Below, piece after piece: positions 44,729 through 57,000 of a DNA stretch of 64,000 bases. The stretch spans positions 17,236,001 to 17,300,000 of the forward strand of contig OZ024746.1 in assembly GCA_964016885.1 (NCBI GenBank), given 5' to 3'. The notes below the pieces were generated by a model. The model was not told the origin of the DNA. It was given only the letters and a program-made list of their open reading frames with translations, and ran no database searches. The position numbers and the translations under genes are program-made. This stretch comes from Eledone cirrhosa. Lineage: Eukaryota. Each line of letters starts with the position of its first letter. The first letter of the stretch is position 1.

Positions 44729-47700
44729 TATATATACTCCACACTGTAAACGTGGTTGGTGTTAGGAAGAGCATCCAGCCGTAGAAAACCTGCCAGACAG
44801 TCCTATACGAGCGAGACGACCAATCTTGCCTCAAGTGGGACAATCTAAACCTATGCTAGCGTGGAAGATAGACATTAAACAATGATGATGATGATGATAC
44901 ATACATATATACACACATGAAAAGGACCGTTATGTTTAGATGCTAGATATATTTAAATAATTATCTCAATTATTTTTTTAAAAAGAAAAAGATAGGTTTG
45001 CTATATCATCGTTTAACGTACATTTTTCCACACTACCATATATCATTATTTAATGTAAAAATGGCTTCTACACAATTAGAACTGTTTCATTCATATTATG
45101 AAATCATCAGGGCATTCCTGATGATTTCATATGAATGAAAGAGTTCTAATCGCTTAAATAAATATACTAATTTTCTCCTAATGCAGTTTATATATAATAT
45201 CGTCTTTTTTAATGTATCATGGATTACGTTACTGATTAAATAAGACAGTGTAACGCAGTCTTCGTTCAATTTTTATGTATTATATATTGTCAATTAGGAT
45301 TTTATTTGATGTATCATATTTACATGTATATATACCTGCGTATAATATCAATATACACACTACACATGCTAGCAGAAAACCACCCGAAAGGTGGTTTTTC
45401 TGCTAGTAATATTAATAAATGGAAAATATCTTTATAAAACCATATTTATTTTATTATACATATTTCAAGAGCACCAGTATTTTGGTATGTTATCGTCAGA
45501 TATAATACAATATTTGGTTTACAGATAATGACATATCAACATATGAACTTAATGTTGTGAGTTCAATGTAGATAGTGAATAAATGTTCAAAACTTGGGAT
45601 GAATATGCTAATGAGGATAACATTAAAACTGAAAAGGACCGTTATGTTTAGATGCTAGATATATTTAAATAATTATCTCAATTATTTTTTTAAAAAGAAA
45701 AAGATAAGTTTGCTATTAAAATTGAAGAAAAAATTGAAGAAAAAATTTAAAGAAAAAATATTTAAAGCTACATTCAGAATATTTATAGAAATATGCATAT
45801 ATACGTCCGAACATATTTACATGGGTATAGAAAGAATGAAATAATTATATTTATTTATTTAATTATATAATTTGGAAGTATTTATAATTAAATAAAAATA
45901 AATATTTATAACTTTGTTGAATAATCAACAAATTAAATAACTCATTGTTTATATATATATATATATATATAAACCACGTTTACAGTGTGAACACGGTAAA
46001 AACCTCCAGTCCACACTGTAAACGTGGTTGGTTTTAGGAAGGGCATCCAGCCGTAGAAAACCCGCCAGACAGTCCTATACGAGCAGGACAACCAATCTTG
46101 CCTCAAGTGGGAAAACTCCCGTCCAAACCCATGCAAGCGTGGAAGATGGACGTTAAACGATGATGATGATGATGAAGCACCCAGCCCACAGTAAAGTGGA
46201 CGTGTAGGCGCCACAGAAAAAAAGCACCCAGCACTCATTGTAAATGAGGTTGGTGTTAGGAAGGGCATCCAGCTGTAGAAATCAAGCCATCATCAGTTCC
46301 CGTCCCACCCTTGCAAGCAGGGAAAAGCGGACGTAAAATGATGATGATGAGATATATATATATATATATATATGGCATTTGTTTAGAATTGGTAAATCGT
46401 AATGCTGTGTCATAAGAGGCAACACAAAGGGTTGGTGTCAGGAAGGGTTTCTAGCTGTAAAACATTGCATCAAAACATCCCATCCAACCCATAAACAGTG
46501 TGGAAAAAACTGATGATGATGATGGTGATGATATTATACATTAGAACATCATAGGAGGAAAGGTAAAAATAATATTAGAACTTACCTTGATAAACATGCT
46601 GAATAAATTGTTCACTTCCTGGTCAGCGTGAGAGAGTTCTTTAAGAAACTGCTTCAAATCATTATTCAGTGCATTTATTTCACTCCGAGTATCGTCTAAA
46701 TTACATCTTAACGCCGGCAAAGTTAGAAAATATAACAGAAGAAATTTAGCAGAGACAGTTTCTTATTTGATGTTTTTATTACAGCTAACCCCTATGTAGG
46801 TTTAGCTGGCCTCCTACAAAGGTGTATCTCGTAGGAGGTTTCTTGGGAGTTTTAACCCTTTAATGTTCAAACCGGCCAAAATTCTCTACCTCTTTCTGTT
46901 GAAACTGGCTGTAACTGGTCGCTCAAACTGATGTTAAGGTATTGTTCTCAAAATAAATACTTTTAAAATCTCATAGATTCGATATTATGCGAGATAAAGC
47001 CTTTACCATGAAAATATAATAGTATATATAGAGTAATGTAAATGCTAAAGGGTTAATGATAGGGACCCCCAGTCATATTATGTTGTTGTTACAGCTCACA
47101 CTTATGTAGTTTTAGCAGGCCTCCTACAAGGTTGTATCTCATAGGTTTTGGTGGATGTTTTAAAGATACTGGACCCAGTCCTTATTTCATCAAAGTGTTA
47201 GTCCCATGAAAAAATGCACTCAGTCCACTCTGTAAAGTTGTAATGCTGGTGCCACAAAAAAATGTACCCAGTACACTTTGTAAGGTGGTTAGTCTTAGTT
47301 AAGGACATCCAGTCATGGAAACCATGCCAAATATGCAATGTGTGAGCAAGAGGAGGTCACTGAGACCAATCTGGTCTTGGACCTTGACAGCCTGTCAATC
47401 ATATAACATAAGATGCAAAATGATGATAATGATGATGCTGCTGACAATGATGATGATGATGGTGGTGATGATGTTGATGATGCACGTTGTGGATTAGAAA
47501 TAAAAAAACAAACAGATTGCTTACTTTGCAGCCTTCTCTAAAATATCTACATCTGCTGTAAACATAAGAATTTGGTCATCATTTTCTTCGGCTAATTCCA
47601 CCAAATGATGAAGTAAATTGAAATAACTGAACTCTGCAGCTTTTATTTTCAATACTTCAACCAAGCTAGATAACTTGAATCCATATGCACAACCATAAGA

Positions 47701-50700
47701 GCTACCCTGTAACATATACATATGTATATATATGTGTATGCAAAAGGCAAACAAATAAAGCAAACGACACAGTAGAATGAAGAAATATATTATTAGTTTT
47801 ACACACACACACACATATATATATATATACACAGACATACATATAATGGGTACTTTTCTCGAGTCACCAACATGACCACCTTAGGTGCTTTTATTTTTAT
47901 ATACATTTCCTTTTACACACACACATACATATAGGTGTATGAGCAAGACAAGGTCATCTGATCTGGCTTATCTCACAACAGAAAACTCATCTAACCCATG
48001 CTAGTGTGGAAAAATATATGCTAAATGGTGATGAGGATATGTGTGTGTATATATATACATATATATATAATAAATGGATTTAGTAAGCAGGTAAATCAAA
48101 ACCAGGGTAGAATGAAGAAAAAAATAAATACAAAATAAAATGAAAATAAAAACGATATATATATATATATATATATATATATCGTTTTTATTTTCATTTT
48201 ATTTTTTATTGTATATATATGTATATCAGTTATTACCTGGTTCAGGTAATTTCCAGCGCCCAAAATTAAATGAAGGAAATCTCTCAATCCTGAATCTTCC
48301 AAGACAATTTTACAGGCATCTACCATATTTCGAATACTGGTCCTCAGTTGGACAAATTTGACAAGGAACTCCGACTGAAGGTAATGTCCTTTCAGTAGAA
48401 GTTGGAAGTCTTTGACATCAGCCAGTTCTGCAAGGAACTGTTCAGTTGGGTGAAGATCTAATCTGTCTCCTTTATAAGAACGAAGGGATGCCACCTATAG
48501 GAAATAGAGGTTGAAATGATTTATTAATAATTATTATTATTATTTTTTGAAAAAGTTAGTTATTTTACTAAATCCCTCCAAATGAGAAATATGCTAACTA
48601 AAGAGTTAAGCTGTGTTACTAAATTCCTCCAAATTCTTCATTATTTTCAATGTACATTAATACACATGAGCTATGTATTTCATTAGAAATATGACAACAA
48701 AATGATCAACTCTTTAGCTACCCCTGGTTCTATGATACACAGCTGTCTATTTTATAGTGATTGTATTTATATAAAAAAACTTCCATAATAATTTTATGTA
48801 AGTACCTTTGTTAAGTTATATTCCAAACACCAGCTTAATAATGAATAAGTTAGTTATATTACGAAATCCTTCCAAATTCTTGAGTATTTTTTTAATTGAT
48901 TTGAAAATTAGTCAGTGTTTTTCGTCAGAAATATGGTAATGAAAGGGTTAATGACAGGCAGCGTCTTTCATATGGTAATGAAAGGGCTAAAATCATAGAC
49001 AGTGTCTTATTAGAAATATGGTAATGAAAGGAATAATGACATAGGCAGGGTCTTTCATTAGAAAGATGGTAATGAAAGGGTTAATGGTCTCTGTCTTCTG
49101 GGACATTTTTGTTCATCGCTGTCATTGACAGCATTTAGCTGTTTTAACAGTTGTTCTACCAATGAGTTTTCTCATTTTTATATGAATATTAATGACAGTC
49201 TTTCATTAGAAATATTGTAATAAAATGGCTAAAATCATAGGCAGTGTCTTTTATAAATGTGGCAGCAAAAATGTAAAGAAATAGAAGATTTTGTACGTAC
49301 CTCTTCTTTAGTTGGCAGGATTGTGATAAGACTAGAAAGTGTGGCCTGGGGTATACTAGCAACATTGTTTTGTTGTAATGCCCTCACCAAATCTTCAGCA
49401 TCATATTCACTTCGAGTGAGAAACAGGGTCACATTCATCAAAGTCTGCATTCCTATTAGCTGTAATGTTGATAAAAAACAAAACATTGAAACCTTTTTTA
49501 TATAAAACTGCCTGAAACCATCCTTGGTTCAATGATACAAAATTGCTTTTATTTTAAACTTTTCCTTTCCAATCCAGAGCCTTCTCACTCCTATTGGAGA
49601 AACTCCTCCCTGGTTGACTTCTACCACTTTCTGTTTGGTTTTGGTCATGTCAGGAGTGTAGCCATACTCACCATGCTTGGCAATTTGTGAGTTGGTGAGG
49701 CTATTTAATTCATATTTGGGGTGGATGGACTCTGAACAGTTCATTTGCCCTTTTGATAACTCTTGATTTTTTTGTGCTACTGGGGTTAAATTCTTATGAT
49801 TATCAAATCATTTTGAAAATAATGAAAAATTTGGTGGGATTTGGTAAAATAAATATTATATATCTGATATTTGGAACATAACTTAGAGGTTCTTACATAA
49901 AATTACGATGGAAAGTTTTTATATAAATATAACCACTTTAAAATAAACAGCTTTGTATTGTAGAAACAGAGGCGGTTTCAGGTGGTTTGAAACCAGAAAG
50001 AGAAAGTGTTTATATTTATATAAAACCTTCCATCACCATTTTATGTAAGAAACTTCAAGTTAAGCTAAAAACACCAACTTAATAATGTGCAAGTTAAGTA
50101 TTACTAAATCCCTCCAAATTATTGATTATTTTAGAAATTATTTGAAAATCTAAGGTAGTGTCTTTAATTAGAAATATTTTAAAGACTGGGTTAAGTATTC
50201 CCAACACTAGAGAGGTTGACATGTCTGTGACGAGACTGAAGAGTCCTCTCAACTCTTTTGGTGTGGGTTCTACAGCAGGATGGCCTTCCTAACGCCAACC
50301 ACTTTACAGATTGTACTGTATTTATATTGCAATTTATGAACAATTACCTCAATAGTTATAGACTTCCAGTGAAACAATCACTTGAATCTCTGCATTTTTA
50401 ATGACAAAAAGTGACAAGAGAGTGTCTGTCATTTGGTGCAGAACAAATAACACAAAGGACTTTGTTTTAAAAAAAAAAACTGGTTTTCTTCATTTTTCTC
50501 ATCAATGATTAAATATTTTGCCAATATCAGCCAAAGATATATATCATACACTTATATATATATATATAGTAGGTTTCCACACTTCTTAAACACACCTACG
50601 CCTGCTCCTTATAATGATAACAGCTTGATTCAATGAAATTACTTACATGTAATTTTTCAACAGGAACATTGGTATAAAACAATTCTTCTATTTTACTGAA

Positions 50701-51055
50701 ATTTGGTATAATTGGTAGAAAGTCATTGCTTGACCTCCAAATACAGTTATCAGACTTTTCTGCAACAACAACAAAAGATAAAAATAATACAGAAATTTTA
50801 AAAAATTTAAGTTAAATAAATTTGATGATATCAAAACTTTATGATAATGAGATAAAGTTAAATTCTATGAAGCTTGATGAAGGAATGTGAGGAGTGGCGA
50901 GATGCTGTGTTGAAAAGGACTCGTCCAACCCATGAGAATGTGGAAAAATGGATGTAAAAACAATGATGATGATTGTCATCATCAGGCCACTTGGTAGAGT
51001 CACAGTATGTATGTATGTAAGTATGAATGTATGTATACATGACTGAATGCATGTA

Positions 51056-51086
<31 letters not shown>

Positions 51087-54000
51087 GAATGTATGTATGG
51101 ATGCAACTCCTGAAGGGTGACATAGTGACATACAATGTATCTTGGACATTTTAAATCTGGCAGGACCCATCCCTCACCATGTCTGAATAGAAAGAGTGGT
51201 GGTAGTGGTAGTAGTAGTGATGGTAAGAGTGGTGGTAGTGGTAGTAGTAGTGATGGTAATAGTAGTAGTAGTGGTGCTAGTAGTAGTATAAAAAGTAAAG
51301 TAAAATAATTTAATACCGATATCTTCTGATGTTACTTTGGACCAATGTAACTTCTTGAGTCTTTTTGATGGTGAGAAACACATCCATAATAACAATTTAT
51401 TGTCATAGTCACTTTCATATAAATTTCTTTCTGTTCCAAATGGGTATTTAATTACTGGTACACCACCTCCTACTCCACCTTCTTGGTGGACAATGCTTCT
51501 TTCTTCACAAAGAGAGTTAATAAAGTTATCTTCCTTCAGGATATCAACATCTTTATACAGTTTCTTTGATGTTTTACAGTCAGTCCATTCAGGTTTCTCT
51601 CCTGATTGTATTCTAGGAATAATGTTTTCAATCATCTGCCATTTATCAGAACTAAAAGAAAGAAAAAAAACTATTTATTTTTTTTTACATAACAAACAAT
51701 AAAAAGAGTTACGGCCATTTTCTGAAGTTCTGGAGTTTATGAGATAAACCAGTTATTTCATGTCAAAATAACCTTCATAACAAAAAAACATTATATGGAA
51801 TGGACACAACAAATGAAATAGCCTAGTCAAGGCATTCCTATACTGCCCTGAGGAGGTTGGGGGGACAGCAACTGCCACTTATGGTTCCACAAGTTGCAAA
51901 TATTGCAGCAAAACAATGGCTTCTGACTTAGCCAATCTCAAGCCACTGGCCTCTGACATCCCCAACCCCTGACTTATAGGAGTGATAAATGTGAAAAGAG
52001 AAACAAGTTCATTAAATAAGACAGACTAAAAAAAGGTAGAAAGAATTTATTTTTACTTTTCCTTTTCATTATATTCCAGATGAAGTAAATCTTGGAGAAT
52101 GTGCAGAAATGAAATATATTTTGGTGTCCCCAGAGTCTGAAAATATATTTAAAATGGAATAAAACACCTGAGAGAAGTTTTAATTGCCTAAATATTTCAT
52201 GCAATAATTAATTTTAACAACAAAAATATAAATTCCTTGAGGATCCTTCAGTTGTGCCAAGGGTGTCATGATAAAAGGCACCCAGTATACTGTAAAGTAG
52301 TAGTGTTGGTGTCATGATGAAATCCAACCAGTACACACAGTAAGGTGATAGAATGGTGCCACAATAAATACACAATATACTCTGTGTAAAGTGATAAGGG
52401 TGGTTCAACAATAAAATGTACCCAGTATACTATGAAAGGTGGTAGAACTGGTGCCATGATAAATGTGGTTAGAAAAAGCCATCTCACTTACCGCTTTTCA
52501 CAGGCGCCGCTAAATTCCACTGCAGGTACTCCTCTTCCACGTGCGTCCGGCTGCTTAACACCAGGAGCTGCCCAAAACGCGTCCTCACCGTATGTTGGTC
52601 ACCACTAGAGAGAGGCCCTCTCCCTGGCCCTTCCGGTCGAGCATCCTTCCGGTCAAAGACCCCTTCCGGTCGAGCACTCAAAAACCCCTTCCGGTCGAGC
52701 ACTCCCCCCCCGCCCACCGCACCATACCCACACGCCCCCCTGATCTCAAGGATCAATTTCCCCCTCATCCCTCTGCATATGAAAGTCTGCCGTCCAGGTC
52801 GGTGGTCTACGACTTCGTTGCGATCTTCGTAGTATTGGGGCAGGGCTCTGGGTTTCCTCTTCCTCGGAGTCCGTCGATACAGTGATTCTTCTTACATCCA
52901 GGACATGACGTGGTACCCCGTCCACGGACACATTGTTCTTTGAATTTACGGCCGTCACCATTCCCCTTCCCCATTGAGATGTGCACCGTGCATCTGGGGG
53001 TTCAACCCAGACTTCTTCGCCCACCTGCACGAATGCACTCTCTCTCCCCACTGGCCGTTGTGGTGGCGTGCACGGGTGCCGCCACTCGTATTTGAATACT
53101 GCTCTGTGTGGCACCGATTCCTCGACCTGTCCAACCCGAGGGGACATATTGTACCAGAACACTGCCTCCATTGGTGAGATATGGCCCCGCTCCGCCATTG
53201 CCTTGATCGTCCGGTGGTGTCGCTCCACGATTCCATTCCCGCTCGGCCTGTGCGCCGCTCTGAAGAAACGGTCCACCTTCCATCCATCGAGCATCCCCCT
53301 CAGTACCTCCGAGCGGAACGCTGAGCTGTTGTCCATCAGCAGTTCATCCACAGGGCCCCGCTCCAAGAACACCTCTCTCAACGTCCGCACGATTTCCTCG
53401 GCCGTTCCAGTCTTCATCTCCCTCCATATCGCCACTCGACCTGGTCCACAGTCGACCATCGAGAGGTACGTTCCCTGCCGGTAGTGCGTCACATCCACCG
53501 CTAATCGCTTCCAGTCGCGATCCACCGGGAGGCTTCCCGTTTCGTGTACACCCGGGGCGGGATCAATGGACTGACATCGGACGCAGCCTCTAACCACCCC
53601 CCGAACACTGTGTCTGCTAACGTCCGAGTCGATTCTCCTGGCTAGGAACAGGCTCCTATCCACCCCCATGTGGTGCATGTCATGCAACCCCTTCAGGTCT
53701 AACTCGGTCAGCCGACACACGGCAGCTATCTCATCCTCTACCTCCTCCGGCGCTTCCATCCAGGCTTTCTTCACTCTAGTTAAGATGTCCGCCCTATTTT
53801 TCTCTGAAGGCACAAACACTACGCTCAGCTTCAGGTCGAACTCGGTGGCCAGCTCTCCTAATGTTCCCAGGCGGCGCTTTATCAGCATCTCCGCCGCGCC
53901 TCTCGTTCGCACTCTCTTCTCACTGGTGAGCACTGATCTTACCCATCACCACCATTGGTCAGTGGTTCATCTGTGAACGCCACCACCACCATTTATCTAA

Positions 54001-57000
54001 GCTTCTTCAGTCTTAATGGTCAGTGGTTTGTCTTTCATAGCTGCTGCAACACCACCACCACCACCACCACCGCCACCTTTGTAAACTGGCTCAGTCTACA
54101 GTCAACTGTTCATCTTTAGCAGCCACCCTAATACCATCCTTATCAACAACACCACCACCACCGCCATCAACACCACCACCAACACCATCATCAACACCTC
54201 CACCACCACTATTACCATCATCACCACCACCAACACCATCAACACCACCACCACCACCATCATCACCACCACTAATACCATCAACACTACCACAACAACC
54301 ACTACTACCAACACTATCACCACCACCACTAATACCATTAACACTACCACAACAACCACTACTACCAACACTATCACCACCACTACTACCAACACCACCA
54401 CCACCAACACCATCACCACCACCAACACCGCCAACACCACCACCACTACTACTACCCAGTATACTCTGAAAGGTGGTAGAACTGGTGCCATGATAAATAC
54501 ACCCAGTAGACTCTGTAAAGAGGTAGGGTTATTACTATGATAAAATGCACCCAATAGTGGTAGTGCTAGTGCTACAATAAATACACCTAGTATACTCTGT
54601 TAAGTGGTTAACTTTAAGAAGGGTGTCCAGCTATACAAACTATCCCAAAAATGGAACATATGAACAAGACATGGTTCTTTGATCTGTCTAATAACAGACA
54701 GTGACAACCTGTCCAAACCATGTCAGTGAGGAAAAACAGACATAAAACAGGGATGATAATCATCTATGAAGATATTAACTTGTAGATCTGAGAAAATTCC
54801 AGAACCTTTTCAATAATAGAATCCAATAATGCAGAAGGACTTTGGTAATCCATCTCAAACTTGGTTTGCATTTCTTCTTCATCTTTATGCTTCCGAGAAT
54901 AAAATGCCTGCAATGTAAATAAGAGCAATAAATACAAGCATGGAAAAACAGACATAAAATAATGATGATGAATATATATATAAACTGGGATTCCTTACAG
55001 TTTCTGTCTACCAATTTCACAGACAAAGCATTAGTTAACCTGAGGTTTCAGTATAAGCTGTTTGCCCAAGGTGCAAAAGAGTCAGTACAGGACTTAACTA
55101 TAAGCTAAATAAACTATAGCTTAGGGCCACACACCCTTAGGAGCCTCATTTAAAAAAATATATTTTAATTTTTCTTTAACATTAAACCATTAAAAAATTA
55201 TATATATTTAATTTTGCAATCATTAATAAATAATAATCATGTATAATTATTTAAAATCTTTTTAACCAAATTTCTAAAGTGAAGGGCCTCAAATTTCATA
55301 TAGCTTAGGACCTCAGCAGATAAAAGTCCAGCCCTGAGAACAGTAGGTTAGAACCCAAGACCATATGGTTGTGAAGAAAACTTCTTAACCACACAGCTAT
55401 ACCTGTACCAATACAGCACCAAACAATTTAGACAAAAGAAATAAAAAGGAGAGAAAAACAACAATATTTTACCTCAATTTGAATTTGTAGATCTTTATCA
55501 AATTCATCAGACTGTAGAGTGTTGAGAATATCTAAGAGCCCAAGACCTTAAAAAATAAAACATGAAATTCATCATCATCATAATTGGCATGGGTTGGGCA
55601 GGACTTTTCAAGACAATGTTTTACAGTTGGATATCCCTTCCTTACACCAACCCTTTTAGTAATTTCTTATGACACATAGGGATAGAGTGTACTAATTCTA
55701 AACCAGATAGACACATCATTATTGCTATATTACATCCATTCTTCTGTGCTGGTATGGGTCAGATGAATTCTCAGTCCTGTGAAACATGTCTTGTTAATAT
55801 GTTCCATATTTTAGCATAGTTTCTGTGACAAGATGCATTTTAATGTGGCACCAGCACTACCACTTTACAGAGTGCACTAAGGGCATTTTATAATGGTAAC
55901 TGCATTCCCCCTTTATATCGTGTACTGAGCTCATTTTATCGTGGTAACAGCCCTAGCCATCAGTAAGATTTGAATCTCTAGGCAAGATTTAAACTCAGAA
56001 CAAATACCACAAAGTATTTCCTCTGACGCTCTACCAATTCCATCAATGCACTGTCTTGAACTTGGTATTATATTTTATCAACCTTTGAAAGTATGAGGTA
56101 AAGCTGACATTGTCAGGATGAATTCAGAACACAGAGTCAGAAATACCACAAGCTATTGTATCTGATGTGACACTAACAACTTTGACATTTCTGAAGGCAC
56201 TAATTATTGTTCAGAAATTAAGACACTAATTATTACACCGAATCAACCCCAGCATGTGACTGGTACTTTATCCCCCCCCCCCCCCACACACACTTCAAAA
56301 ATAAAATACTGGATAAAGAGCAAAGTTCTTCAATAATGGCAATATTTTATGGAACTTACCAACAAACTCGTTTCGAATCTTGTTCCTTCCTTGCAGCCCT
56401 GTATTACCGTTAATTATACAGTTAATAACAGTGAGAATGGTACATTTGTAAGCTGCTGTCTCCGTCTGACTTATTTCACTTACTAGAATACTAAAACGGT
56501 GAGCTTGGTCAGTCTCTTTCTGAAATATTATAGGACAAAATATATGTAAATTTATGACTAAAAATATAGACAAATTTATGACTAAAAGTGTTAATTTGTG
56601 ACTAAAAACATGTTAATTTAGAGCAAAATATGCTAACTCATGTAAGTCATTAATTCTTCTCTATATTCTAAGTCTAACATTCATTTATGACTAAGACCTC
56701 AGACCAACATTTAAGTATAAGACCTCAATCTAACATTTATTGAAGTCTAAGACATTAGTCTAACATATTTATGTATAACACCTTAATCATCATCATCATT
56801 TTACGTCCACTTTTCCCTGCTTGCAAGGGTTGGATGGGTCCTATTCAGCACAGCATCTCTCCATTTGTCATCTCCTCGGTGAGTTTCAGCGATCTGAGGT
56901 CTGCTCTCACCACCTCCGCCCATGTTTTTTGTGGTCTACCTCTACTGCGTCTTCCTTCTACTGGGATTTCTTGGGACTTCTTTACCCAGCGATCATCCTC

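Noticed and set aside
50348-50390. Possible extra formin micro-exon (cag...GAG|gtaatt on minus)
   Set aside because: Has an in-frame TGA in the required phase, and the flanking exons already join in phase 0.
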